Assembly (NCBI GenBank): GCA_002269645.1
Contig: NIVC01001500.1
Coordinates: 186,001 to 250,000 of the forward strand
Reading direction: 5' to 3'
DNA from: Macrostomum lignano
Taxonomy: Eukaryota
Length of the DNA: 64,000 nucleotides
The position numbers and the translations under genes were made by a program. Within the stretch, counting starts at the first letter, position 1. Each line of letters begins with the position of its first letter. Under the pieces are notes generated by a model. It was not told the DNA's origin, searched no databases, and saw only the letters and a list, made by a program, of their open reading frames with translations. Shown one piece after another: positions 36,543 through 49,890 of this stretch.

Positions 36543-39500
36543 CTATGCTAAAGCTGATCCCGGCCCAGCAGCATCATCATCTTCATCTAACCGTCGCCGC
36601 TTTGAAACCGACGCAGTGCCGGATTCGGCGTCAATGTCATCTTCGACATCGTCGTTGGAAGTAGACGCGGCAGCTGTGGATCTTGCTGATGGACCATTGT
36701 GCCTGCAAGTTGAAGCGCGGATGATGTATTGTTAAAAGATAATAGACACATTAACCATCGGATCGGCTTTTTCTGCTTCTACTCAGTCTGCTTCATTGGC
36801 CTCGTCATGTCCAAATCCACCATCGATAGCTCAGCTATCCAATCCACCCCACCGTTAGCTTAGCTACTCCAATCCACCCCATAGCTACCCCAATCCTCCC
36901 CTTAGCTACCCCATCCACCCATAGCTACCCCAATTCACCCATAGCTACCCCATCCACCCATAGCTACCCCATCCACCCATAGCTACCCCATCCACCCATA
37001 GCTACCCCATCCACCCATAGCTACCCCAATCCTCCCCATAGCTACCCCAATCCTCCCCTTAGCTACCCCATCCACCCATAGCTACCCCAATCCACCCATA
37101 GCTACCCCATCCACCCATAGCTACCCCATCCACCCATAGCTACCCCAATCCTCCCCATAGCTACCCCAATCCTCCCCTTAGCTACCCCATCCACCCATAG
37201 CTACCCCAATCCACCCATAGCTACCCCATCCACCCATAGCTACCCCATCCACCCATAGCTACCCCAATCCTCCCCTTAGCTACCCCATCCACCCATAGCT
37301 ACCCCATCCACCCATAGCTACCCCATAGCTACCCCAATCCTCCCCTTAGCTACCCCAATCCACCCTATAGCTACCCCTAATCCACCCCATAGCTACCCCA
37401 ATCCACCCATAGCTACCCCTAATCCACCCATAGCTACCCCATCCACCCCACAGCTACTCAGTCCACCCCATAGCTACCCCATCCACCCATAGCTACCCCA
37501 TCCACCCCACAGCTACCCAGTCCACCCCATAGCTACCCCATCCACCCATAGCTACCCCAATCCACCCCACAGCTACCCCATCCACCCCACAGCTACCCAG
37601 TCCACCCCATAGCTACCCCATCCACCCATAGCTACCCCAATCCACCCCACAGCTACCCCAATCCACCCCATTGCTCACCTGTACGCAGGCCATATAAGGT
37701 AGGGCAGGTTGTTAGTAAGCAGGCTGACCAAGCCAGGCGGCAGTGTCAAGGCCTCTGTAACGCAGAGCCTATCCGGTATGAGATGTCGCAGAGCCCTGCA
37801 GCTAAGCGCCTGCAGAGTGATTGGCAGACTAAGCGCCCGGATTAGTTTAACGCCACTCTTAGCCGCCGTGCTGCACACGGCCGGATACATTGGCGCCTTG
37901 AGACCGCGAGCGGCCACGCCAAGGCACTGGCGATTTAGAAAATAGGTAAGGGTGCCGTGCCAGAGGTCCAGGAGGAGGCCAACAATGGCGCCTTGGCCGA
38001 ATGGTCTGCAGAATTCGCGTTTTTGCCTGAGGCGCGATTTCAAGAGGATAGGGGAGTTCTTTTCATTTGTTTCGAGGCGCAAAACTGGGTTTAGGATACT
38101 TGAACACTTGCATATATGGCGCCAAAATGAGTAGCAGTTGGCGCTAAAATGAGTACTAGGGAGCTGCCAAAATTGGTACAGGGAGCCGCCAAAATGAGTA
38201 CCAGGAAGCTGCCATAATGAGTACCAGAGAGGCGCCAAAATGAGCACCAGAAAGCTGCCAAAATGAGTACCAGAGAGCTGCCAAAATGAGTACCAGAGAG
38301 CTGCCAAAATGAGTACCACAGAGCTGCCAAAATGAGTACCAGAGAGCTGCCAAAATGAGTACCAGAGAGCTGCCAAAATGAGTACCAGAGAGGCGCCAAA
38401 ATAAACCCCAGAGAGGCGCCAAAATGAGCACCAGAGAGGCGCCAAAATGAACACCAGAGAGGCGCCAAAATGAACACCAGAGAGGCGCCAAAATGAGCAC
38501 CAGAGAGGCGCCAAAATGAACACCAGAGAGGCGCCAAAATGAGTACCAGGGAGGCGCCAAAATGAGCAACAGAGAGGCGCCAAAATGAGCACTAGAGAGG
38601 CGCCAAAATGAGTACCAGGGAGCCGCCAAAATGAGCACCAGAGAGGCGCCAAAATGAGCACCAGAGAGGCGCCAAAATGAACACCAGAGAGGCGCCAAAA
38701 TGAGTACCAGGGAGGCGCCAAAATGAGTACCAGGGAGCCGCCAAAATGAGTACCAGGAGGCGCCAAAATTAGTGACAAGAAGACGCCAAAATTAGCACCA
38801 GAGAGGCGCCAAAATGAGCACCAGAGAGGCGTCAAAATGAGTACCAGGGAGCCGCCAAGCTTGTTACTTAGACACAAAATATCGCCTGTAAAACATTATC
38901 AACTGTATATGAATATTTTTATTTCTTAATCGAGGAAGGAGACAAGCTAGGCATACACGCTCTGACACAATTATTTATGAAAGAAAAGAAAAACAAATCC
39001 TCACTGATTCTGTTGAAAGTAGCCATTATAGGACAGTCCCATCGAGTCGGGTCCCAATCCCAGTAGGGATACGAATGCGCTATGATGACTGCGCGGCTCG
39101 AATCCTGTCGAGCAGACGCCGGCCATAATATCGGTGCCATAAACCGGGCTGACAAATTTCAATTCCCAATAATGCAAGCCGTCTATTAGTGGCCGGTTGC
39201 CAACCGCTGCCGCGGTGCCTCGGCTAAACAGCGGATGAAAGCTGACGATCCGGCCGCAGCTGGACAGGGCACAGTCGGCGGCCTCCGGCTCTGCCCAGGA
39301 CCAATCGGCGTCGCTATTATCGTGCCGACTACCGCCGTCGCCGACTGTCGATGCCGACAACTCTTCGCCGCAGGCGCAATGAATCCAAGTCAAAGATCTG
39401 GCACCGCCGCCGTTGGCTCGGGGACAGTTGCAGAACGACTCGGTGTCTCTGCGCGGTTTGTACAGTTCGGACAGGCCGCCGCCCTGGGCGCTGATGGCTG

Positions 39501-39726
39501 CGGTTCGGCGATGCTGTTGAAGATGATGACGGAGTCTGAGATGGCGCCGAGGCGACTCACCACTGTTGCTGCTTCTGTCATCATCGTCTAGGAGGGTGAG
39601 CCTCAGCTGCTCGCCAGCGGCCGACTGCTGAGGCTGATGATCAGCGCCAGTGTAGCCATCGCTGCTGATGCTGCTACTGCTGCTGTTACTACTGTCAGTA
39701 GTAGTGCTGTTGTCTGGTGCTGTTGC
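36543..39726 (-). CDS. SPSB3: SPRY domain-containing SOCS box protein 3; exons 39726-39005, 38026-37679, 36702-36543; start exon not identified
   Basis: FCNC..CACGEE, HYWELKFVSPVYGTDIM, FGQGAIVGLLLDLWHGTL, YPAVCSTAAKS and SOCS-box TLQALSC..LPPGL; phase-2 GT-AG junctions are consistent. Confidence 0.9.
36850..37672. repeat. ~18-20-bp C-rich minisatellite (G-quadruplex-prone minus strand) in SPSB3 intron
   Basis: CTACCCCATCCACCCATAG units. Confidence 0.95.
38110..38856. repeat. 23-bp minisatellite in SPSB3 intron
   Basis: GGCGCCAAAATGAGCACCAGAGA variants. Confidence 0.95.
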
Positions 39727-40134
39727 CTGAAATCATTTTTGTCATTTTCTAACTAATACATTAGAAAATATATATAAAATAAAACCAATTACTTTAAGGG
39801 ATTAGTTTAAGGGGAAGCCTCTCTATCCGGCTCTCAGGTCCTTTAGAACTTCACAATAGCATACTGGCCTGCTTAAGGTTTATGACACTTCTCTGCTCTC
39901 TCTCTGATCTCATATCTTGTCTTTTCTCTCTTCTATCCCTTCTCTCCTCCCCTTCTCTCTTTTTTCCTCTCTTACCATATTTCATCTCTTCTCTTCTCTT
40001 GTCTCATATCTTCTCTTTAATTCCTTTGCCTCTCATTTCTCCATCTCTCTTCCCTTGATATCTCTTCTTGTTCCCTTCTCTGACTCGCAGTCACGCGCTG
40101 GATTCTCTATCTGGCCCTTAAGGTAAAAAACGTT

Positions 40135-40370
40135 TGCCACTCACTGGGTGAAAGCATCGGACTGACAACTGAAAGGTCGGTGGTTCGATTCCCGATCCCA
40201 CTAGAGCAATTTGTATACTTGAGCAAGAACTATTATGCATTGCTTCAGTTCACCCAGCTGTAACTGAGGGTGTGTGGCGATCCTCCAGTCCTCAGACTGA
40301 ACTGCCATATGCAGCCTTCAGATGCGCCACACAATAGCTGAGGCTGAGCTGTCAGTTGCACATCTGGCTC
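40135..40370 (+). mobile_element. tRNA-derived SINE, related to the 13235-13375 copy
   Basis: B-box GGTTCGATTCC, then TTGAGCAAG...CAGTTCACCCAGCTGTA. Confidence 0.65.
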
Positions 40371-41304
40371 AATTAGGGCCAATCTATATATTATTTTTTA
40401 TATATTGTTAATATAGAAAGAAGCCACAGTTTTGCATTTGACTAATTATGCTATGGATGGCCCTTAATATGGCAAAACACTACTTTTGTACATCTTTTGA
40501 AAAATAATAATAATATATTAATATGGTATAAAAATAACAAAATTAGGAGCATCCTCTTTGGGAAAAGGAGACATCCTTTTTTTGCTATATCAACAATTTC
40601 TTTAGAAAAATTTTTTTTAATTATTTTTTTGATGTTATCCTTTTATATTTTATATTTGAGACCTAGGATGACTTTTTAGACTTTGCTACTAAGGCTTTTT
40701 GGCTATGTTGGTTATATTATTAAATTTACTTAATAGCAGTCTGCACCCCTTATTAGGAAGGCAACAAAGAAATAAATATATATTTTCAAAAAACTACTGT
40801 AGCTTTAAACCTTATATAGTCACTAACATTAGTATCATTATATTATTTGCTTTTACTTAGCATTTTAGCAATTCCCTCCTTCTAAGCCTTGATATATATC
40901 AAAGCAGTGCTCTATCCTATATTAGCTCGTATAAGCATTGATAACTTAGCAATTCCTAAATAAATATATAATGTTTAATAAGGCAATTATTCTATGGTTT
41001 AACCCTCCTAACCCTGCTGAAAGTCACAACATTTTAGCCATTTCCCTAATAAGATAAAGCATGCCAGCTATTCCCAATGAGCTTCAAGCCACAAAAATTT
41101 AGATATTACCCTTATATGCCCTAACAACTTAACAGTTTAGCATTTTAGCAAATCCCTTAATGATTCTTCATATTTTAGTAATTCTTTATAATACAATTTA
41201 GCCAATAAACTAGTAATTAATAAAAAGCCTATTGTGGTACAAAATTTATGAAACAAAAAACAAGAGCCAGCTTTTGCTCTACAATGATCACTATTAATTT
41301 TATA

Positions 41305-41648
41305 AAGGGCCCGTCAACTCAAGCCCATAAAGTGGAGCCTGAGTAACCTATATACACAAATGATATATCATTCTGATCACAGTGACACCAGAAAGCAGGG
41401 TTTGGCAAAAATGTGACTAAAATTGGACTTGGGATAGGGGAGAACAAGCAAGGGGATAATTATAGGGACTCTACTTTATGAGCTTAAGTTGACATATAAT
41501 AGTCTGGTAATCCCTTATTTATTTACAAGTATTGTTGCTTTTTGCCAAACCCTGTTTCCTAGTGTCACTGTGAGCAGAAAGATATATCATTTGTATATTT
41601 AGGTTACTTATTAGGCTCCACTTTATGAGCTTAAGTTGATAGGCCCTT
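41305..41648. mobile_element. MITE-like foldback with ~100-bp terminal inverted repeats
   Basis: AAGGGCCCGTCAACTCAAGCCCATAAAGTGGAGCC... versus ...GGCTCCACTTTATGAGCTTAAGTTGATAGGCCCTT. Confidence 0.7.
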
Positions 41649-43586
41649 TTATAATAAAAATTTTACTTGACCTTTAGCTGTGCAAAACAGCATGTTTCTA
41701 TATAAAACCTAATCTTCCTAGCAATTAGCATTGTACATTTTTAGGCCTATCCTCAATAATACATTTCTGATGCAAATTACAAGATCCATGGTGTGGTTGA
41801 AGTATAGTTCATAATGTACTAATTCTAAAAAATTCTAATTCAACAATGACAATCTTTTAAAAAATGATAGCCATTTTTATTAAATCAATTACATAGACAT
41901 AGGTCATAGATAAGCCCTAAGCAAACTATTTGTTATAGTATAATTAATTGATTATACTATATTTATGCTAGGCCTAGCTGGTTAGCTAGTTAAATAATAA
42001 TAGTAACAATAGGCTTTTTAGAAAGAACCAATCAAAAAGGTGATTGAATACAGGCCTAGTGTCCTTATAAACCATAGTCCTAATTATACACTGTGCACAA
42101 AGAATTTTCTTTGCTCTATATGCAGCATGTGGGAGGGTTGGATCAAATCTACCCTGAGTGTATGCCAATGAACCCAGGAATGGAAAGGGTTGTAGGTTGG
42201 GGTGCTTTTTTATGTTGCAACTATATAGCTTTTTGTGTTTTAAATTTTATGTGAGACTGCAAATAAACAATGCTTATAGAAATGCTCTTTTGTTTGCAAC
42301 CCAAATACATTTACTTGCTTTTCAGTTATTAAATTATCCATGTCTCTTAAAATTTACATACAATACTTTCTTCAAAAAATGATAAGCATTGTATCATAGC
42401 TTTGATAATCAGATTTTCTAATCATGGCATAGCTTTGACTATGGTGCTATGCATTTTTACCTTTTTATATATTGTGCTACTGTAGAAAGCATACCAAAAA
42501 ACTTTGCCAACTCCTTGATGCACACTGTGCATGTGGTATTAGACTGCCTGGAACCTTGTTTTTCTCTTAAAAATAGCATCTTCAGGAGTATAGTCTATAA
42601 ATAAGAAACATATTGGCACTAGTACAGTTTTGTATATGAAATTATTTTTCTTTTGAATTTAGCTAAACAAATAATTTTTATTTCATTTTTTATTCCTAAG
42701 AGTGCAAAGAACTATTGTAACATGCAAAACATTTGTTGGTTTGTTTTTATAACAATAAATGTAACTATAAACTAGGAAAGGAGTTTGTAGTTTAGTATAT
42801 ATATAGTTACAGATCAATTGTCATTTATCTTTTTGCTTTACAAAAAATATAAAAGTAGAAAATGCTTTCTGCTGACTGCTATTCCTTTCCTACATAGGAA
42901 TTATTAGATACTATCCCTTTGGGCCATAGTCAATTTATAAGGTATAGAGTAGACTTCTTTGCTATATAAGCATTGTCTTTCAAATCATTGATTTAGATCC
43001 TTTGCACTGGTACAAATTTAAATGAAAAATAATTTCATAAAATATTGCCAACTGATATGACCATGATGTTAAAAGTCATTAGTATTATCAATTATTGGAA
43101 CTAGCATAAATTCAAAGAAAATTAATTTTTCAAATGAAGCCACACTATAGTGCCAACATATAAATTACACATATTAGAGCTGTCACGAGATCTCGACAAG
43201 ACAAGATTCAAGACAAGATCTCGACATTTTTTCTCGTCTCAAGAAATCTCGAATTTTGTCAAGAAATTTGAGACAAGATTCAAGAATTTTTCTGATACCT
43301 TTTTTCAAAAGCTTTTAAGGGATAAGATATAAAAAGGGGAGCAAATTTTTATATAAATACAACTATTTGTTGTAACATGCTTCATAGGGCAATTTTCAAA
43401 TGGTAAAATCTACCCAATGTCGAGCAGTTTTAGTTATTTAACGAACATTGTTATATACGAGTTTGTATGGCATATGCACTCTTTTAGTTATCATTTCAGT
43501 TCTGCGGCAAGGTGTATCATGGCAGACTTGATTTCTTTTGACGAATTAGTACCAGACTTTGTACTAGTAAGTAACCTTTAATTAAT

Positions 43587-45968
43587 GGCAGTTGCTATTT
43601 GTCCGGTGACTGGATGAATAGCGACATGGTTATTTGTCCAGTTACCAGACAAATAGCCATTTCACTATTCGTCCGGTTATTTTACCGGACAAATAGCCAT
43701 TTTGTTATTCGTCCGGTTAAATATATATTACTAGTACTATCTACTTGTAGGGAATATGTCTGGTTTTTAATGGCTTCTTTACTCATATCTTGATCAATAT
43801 ATTGTTATACTAGTGTACGACTACACGCGCGATTAGTTTCACTTAAAATTTAGCTTGCAGGCACATTTGTCTTTGCACAATTGTTAAAACTGCTCAATGC
43901 TTATCTAGCATTTAGATTAGATAGTAATATCTATCTCAAAGGTATATGTATATCTCATCTATATTGCATACTGTATCGATGCAGATGCCACGAGTACTCT
44001 AATGGCGGTAGCTTTATGGTGTATCGTAGAAAACCAATTGGTATAATAAATTGGCTTTATTCAACACTCAAAAAGTAGTTACTTGGTTAAATTTATTACC
44101 ACAGACACATGACAATAGCTTTTTTCAATAAAGCCAAGTCTATACTGCATATTTGCTTCCATTAGGCATTATAAGATTATGTAAATAAACAGTCTGTAAT
44201 CTGCAACTGTTTTAGTAATAAAATTTCTGCATTTCTTTGTTCTAATGAATTGCTAAATCGTAACTATAAAGGAGCCAACTAGGAATATAAAAAATTGATA
44301 ATCAAGTGGTTCAAGTAACATTTTTTACTAGGCTATTTGTGTTTTATTATATATATATGTGTTTGATAATAAAGTTTGCAATAATTATGTTGCAAATGTT
44401 TTAACAAAGAAATTGCTCATTGTAACCTAATGACATAAGCTATTCTATAAAACTCCATCTATGCTACTCCAGTCCCGCGATTGATCTGTAGTGTCTCTTA
44501 CTTCTAATTATTTAATCTAAGCATTTGATAGTATTTGAAAAACAATAAAGCTGAACTATTTTTTTTATTTCCAGGCCATGGATAGCATAACTGTTGGTGC
44601 ACGATTTCAGTTGTTCCAACTTCTTTGTGAAGCTATAAAGCACTATGAAGAAAGCCGATTTGTTTGGTTTCATGTACGTGATAGCAGAAAGTTGGCTTCA
44701 CAAAATCAACGTCGCATCAAAAGAGCCATTAACAACCAGCTGGGGTTCTACAAGTTGATGTTTGCTTGCATTCATGGTGGGAAAGAACAAAAGTCAACAT
44801 CAACTGGATGCAGGCCCAAACAGGCGTAAGTACTGCAATTAAGGATAGCTACAATATTTTTCTTTTATATCTTATATTTTATATTTTGATGGTAAAAGTT
44901 TATTTATACTGCTTTCTCAGAACGCTGCAGCTCAGCTGTCCAGCTAAGATTTGTGTATGTGCCTCCAAGTGTGGTCAATTTCTTGAGATCCGCCAAGTTG
45001 TTGATGAGCACAATCATACCACCACCAAGGTAGGTACATGTACATTGTATATAAAGCATTTGGTTGTGCAAAAAATGTGAATTACACAATTTTTTAAGCA
45101 ATTGAGTGACTTAAATTTAGTCTACATACATACATGTGGGAGTGCATATTGTTTAATCTACAAAATTATTAGTTAAAACTTTTAACTAAGCTTAGCTACA
45201 TTTGAACTTCTGCCCTAGTCATGACGCTTGACACCCAAGGAGCAGCAGAAATCAAAATCGTTTCTTCAGGTCGGAGCAAACAAGAAACTAGTACAAACCC
45301 ATTTTCTGGAATCCACTGGAAAGCGGGTTCTCCTGCGCAATATTCATAATCTTGCAGCTGCCATCAAGGCTACAGACACCGACATCATTGATGCTATTCA
45401 AAGTCTTGGCCCAGAAGCTTTTTAAGCTATAACCACTGAAGGCTCTGGAAAAACTGAAGTTCTGGGACTACTGTACCAAGATGAATTAATGCAAAAGACC
45501 TATGAATCATTTCTTGAAATCCTATTAGTCGACGCAACGTACAAAGTAACGAATGCTGGAATGGCACTTTATGTATTGCTTGCCAAAGATGGAAACGGGG
45601 AAAGTGATTTCGTGGCACTGTGGTTGCTGAAAGCAGAAACCAGTGCAGTTATTTCCGAAGCCGCGCGACACCTAAAGGAAAAAATCCCTGCTGGCAGTGC
45701 ACCAAAGTCATCATGGCCAACAAAGATTTCGCTGAACGCAGTCGTACACTAGTATAACAATATATTGATCAAGATATGAGTAAAGAAGCAGTTAAAAACC
45801 AGACATATTCCTTACAAGTAGATAGTACTAGTATTTAACTAGACGAATAACAAAATGGCTATTTATCCGGTAAAATAACCAGACAAATAGTGAAATGGCT
45901 ATTTGTCCAGTAACTGGACGAATAACCATGTCACTATTCGTCCAGTCACCAGACAAATAACAACTGCC
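43587..45968 (+). mobile_element. Mutator-like element (MULE), deletion derivative
   Basis: ~240-bp TIRs starting GGCAGTTG and a perfect 9-bp TSD TTAATTAAT (43578-43586, 45969-45977). Confidence 0.9.
44578..45745 (+). pseudogene. Fragmented MULE transposase (FAR1-like N-terminus and start of the DDE domain)
   Basis: CIHGG, CPAKI..DEHNH and LLVDATYKVTN..DGNGES..VALWLL; frameshifts and stops; cut off at the right TIR. Confidence 0.8.
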
Positions 45969-46468
45969 TTAATTAATATATTAATGCATGAAGCAAATTT
46001 TTAAACATTGGAAATATAATTGTAACATTTTGTCTTACTGGTTCATTATTTCTTTCTTTCTGATGGCAAAGAATTAAAAAAAAATTAAGAAGGTATTCTG
46101 GAAAATCTAAAAAATATATTTTAGAATTGTATCTTCTCAAAAAATATAAGACAAGACAAGAGCAAGACAAGATGCAAATTTTCTGAAATATATATTTTTT
46201 AGATTTACTTTGTCTTGTCTCGTCTTGAAATTCTCGACTTATAAGCCTTTCTCATCTTGAATCTTGTCTCGAATAAAATCTCTAATTTTGACAGCTCTAA
46301 CATATATTCATTTAAATAATATTATTAATAGGCCTACTAAATTAACTAAGTTGATGGCAGACGAGGTAATTGGAATCTATAAAAATAGAGTTGATAAGCT
46401 ATCGATGCATTTGATTAGCTATTCGATAGCTTATCGATGCATTGTAATGATTATGCTGCCAATATTTA

Positions 46469-48064
46469 TGTAATGTATCTTCTAACATAAAAGTGTCATG
46501 CCAATTTTAAAGGAGCCACTATAGAGCTAAGGAAACTGTTGCACTAGCTACTTATTGTCTGGTGGATGCTTACTATTTGGGGATGCTTGCTATCTGGGGG
46601 ATGCTTGCTATCTGGGGGATGCTTGCTATTTGGGGGATGCTTGCTATCTGGGGGATGCTTGCTGTCTTGGGATGATTTCTTTTTGCATTACACTTCATTT
46701 GAGTAGTTTGTCTGTTGTCTTTGTGAAGGCTTTTTTTGGCTGTCTTTTTGTTACTTGTAGAGAACAGAGATTCTATCCAGATGCCCCCAACAGGGGGCGA
46801 AGATTGCTAGTCTATTTTAAAAGTAATCATATTTAGTACCTACTTCAAATTGTGCATTATTTGTATTTGTATTCTATTTATATTTTACTGTACTTTTTAC
46901 TGTATGTATTTATGTTTATTTTGCTTGACAGTTTATAATGAAGCTTGTTTTAATGACTAATAATTAACTAATATAAATATGAATCATCGATTTTTGGTAA
47001 GAGTTCGCCACTCTGATTTAGCACCTCTCGATTGGAAATTCAAGTGTTGGCTTTGGCAATTCATTTTATTACATTGGCGACCACGCCAGGACCCAGATTC
47101 CACGAGGGGACTCCACTGGATCCTTCTGACTCCTAAGCATGCAGCCAGCAAATCAACACGAGCCGACGCCATGAAGCCAGCCAATGACGGCAGAGATACC
47201 ATGACTCCACCAGCGCGGGCGTAGGAAATGCGCCGAAGAGAATTTTCATTGTTTTAATGCACTGTACAGTAATTCCACTTAGTTACTTGTATTCTTTCAT
47301 ATCAAATGTACTTTATACAGTATTTTGGCAATTGCCACAATGTACTTACTCTTCAAATAATTTTTTCAATGTAACTGTTTTTTTATGAAGGTCACCCAAT
47401 GGCAGTGCATCACGAAAGTGTGTACAAAAAATTCTTTTTTCTATAAAGTATTTTTTCTTGATCCATACTGTATGTGCTCTGTGCTGGTTGTGGTAGGGAG
47501 AACCCAGGGCTCTGTTATCCCTGTTAGGTTCTGGTCTATGTACTGTCTTTTTAACTTGCTTCTTATAAGATACTAGACCATTACATTGTTTTTGTTAATG
47601 TGTTCTGCTATTCTCATATTAAATGCATAGTTGGGGAAGCAATTAAATTTGTTCTAATAATTTCACTTTCATGTGTTCATTTACTGTATGATTTATATAG
47701 TTAGTTTCTTTACTTTGTATTTCACTCGTTTTGTACTTTTATTGACAATGTGGACATTGTCTTCTTTCTCATAGAGGAGGGTAATGTAATGTATCTTCAT
47801 ATCTATTTTAAAAGTAATCATATTTAGTACCTACTTCAAATTGTGCATTATTTGTATTTGTATTCTATTTATATTTTACTGTACTTTTTACTGTATGTAT
47901 TTATGTTTATTTTGCTTGACAGTTTATAATGAAGCTTGTTTTAATGAATAATAATTAACTAATATAAATATGAATCATCGATTTTTGGTAAGAGTTCGCC
48001 ACTTTGATTTAGCACCTCTCGATTGGAAATTCAAGTGTTGGCTTTGGCAATTCATTTTATTACA
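46469..48064 (+). mobile_element. Small non-coding LTR element (TRIM-like): 5' LTR 46469-47073, internally deleted 3' LTR 47785-48064
   Basis: TG..CA ends, shared ~260-bp 3' part, PBS-like TGGCGACC at 47075, PPT AGAGGAGGG before 47785, 4-bp TSD TTTA. Confidence 0.85.
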
Positions 48065-48638
48065 TTTATAAAGTATTTTGTTTATAGGCCCTACTAATTT
48101 CATATTAGAAAAATGTTTAGGTTAGGTCTACCCAGTGGTGGATCTAGAGTTTCATTTGGGGGGGGGGAGGAAGGGGGTAGTCCAAGTTTTGGATGCCAAA
48201 ACGAGTATAGGGGGTACCAATTTTCAATTTTTAAGCTAATGGCACACAAAATTGCATATAGGGGGCAAAAAATCAAGCTTAGGGCCATACAAAAGGTGTT
48301 TAGGGGCAAAAAATCTAGGTTAAGGGAAGCAAACTTAGGTTTTTGGAGGGCCCAATATGTTTTATCAAGCGATTATAAGGGGGACAGACACCCCCTGCCC
48401 TCCCCTCCCCTCAAAATCCACCCCTGGGCCTATCTACAACTTGTAGTATAAGCCAATTATATATTATTTGAGTTTTATATTTTTATGTACTTGGCACTTG
48501 ATAGTTGTTGTTTTGTCTGCTGCTAGTTTGCCACTTTTTTTCGCCAAAGGGTAGTCCTTTTATACCACTAAATAGGCCTATTTTTTAAATACAATGCCAG
48601 TTGCCAGTATTACTATTAGGGCCTATGACTTTATAATG

Positions 48639-49890
48639 GGACTTCTTCAAGTTTATGTTGATAAAATACTTCTGATTTTCCGATTTTTCTGAAACTTGCA
48701 GTGGACACTTATGGGGCACCAAAAATTTCAAAAATGCAAAAAACTGTAGAAAGTTACCTGTATGGTTGATGCAATCACGATTTACTCATTTCCCTATTCT
48801 CTTAATGAGGTTCGGTAGCAAAAGTTTCTCCGAATACATTTTTGAAAGTGTATCCACTAGACTTTTAATATAATAGCACATGTGCTAGAACTTCATTAGG
48901 CCAATTAAAGATAAATATTAATATCTAAAAATTAATATGCAATTGTCTTTTACGTTCGATGATAATAGTTTTTCAATTTAGTTATAATGCATAGACACTG
49001 TTTGCTTTTTTTTAAATTGCCACGTCACGACCCGCTTGATCTGTGCACTTGCACTTTCATTGCACCTAGCCAAAGCAACGTTTGCAACTTCAAAGCACTT
49101 CGCACCTCTCAACCAATTACTGTACAAGGCTATACTACTAATTATATTGTATTATGGCAATAACAGCACCTGATTTCGGTAAGCAAATTCATATAGATAA
49201 AGTTATAGAATTTAACCAACTTCTGAATCTGAAATATGTTGACTCTTTTCTTGTGTCGTCTGATTCAGACAACCCCCCCCCCCCTATTAGGATTGGAATT
49301 TATCAACAGAATCTTGAATAGGTCTCCATGCCTCTATTCAAGTTTATGTTGATAAAATCAATCCCCATGAAAAATCTCCCCACCCTAAACCCTCCCCCAT
49401 TCCCCATGCCCCAGTCATTGGTTTTAAGCTACAACCCCCCCCCCCTATTAGGATTAGAATTTAACAACACAATCTTGAATAGGTCTCCATGCCTCTATTT
49501 AAGTTTATGTTGATAAAATCAATCCCCATGAAGAATCTCCCTACCCTAAACCCCCCTTCCCCAATCCCCGACCCCATGCCCCAGTCGTTGGTTTTAAGCT
49601 ACAACCCCCTCTCCTCCCCCCTATTAGGATTGGAATTTATCAACACAATCTTGAATAGGTCTCCATGCCTCTATTCAAGTTTATGTTGATAAAATCAATC
49701 CCCATGAAGAATCTCCCTACCCTAAAACCCCCTATTCCCTATGCCCTGGTGGTTGGTTTTAAGCTACATATAATTGGGTTAAAGCTACCAAAAAATGGAG
49801 CTCAAATTTGAAATCAGCACCATCAAAAACCCTTATAGAGACAAAATTATGATCTTATCAAAATTGCAACTATTTTATCAACATAAACTT
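48639..49890. mobile_element. Non-autonomous DNA transposon with 30-bp TIR and 8-bp TSD; internal ~170-bp tandem units
   Basis: TIR GGACTTCTTCAAGTTTATGTTGATAAAATA; TTATAATG at 48631-48638 and 49891-49898. Confidence 0.85.

Larger units (their letters stand above)
43175..46299. mobile_element. Non-autonomous hAT-like element hosting a MULE insertion
   Basis: TIR TAGAGCTGTCA/TGACAGCTCTA, subterminal GACAAGA repeats, flanks ACACATAT/ACATATAT (7 of 8 match). Confidence 0.7.

Noticed and set aside
38027-38877. N-terminal part of the 400-aa minus ORF
   Set aside because: Intronic 23-bp minisatellite; only 38026-37679 is the SPSB3 exon
40135-40210. tRNA gene
   Set aside because: Has a B-box but no convincing cloverleaf and continues into a SINE body; treated as a SINE
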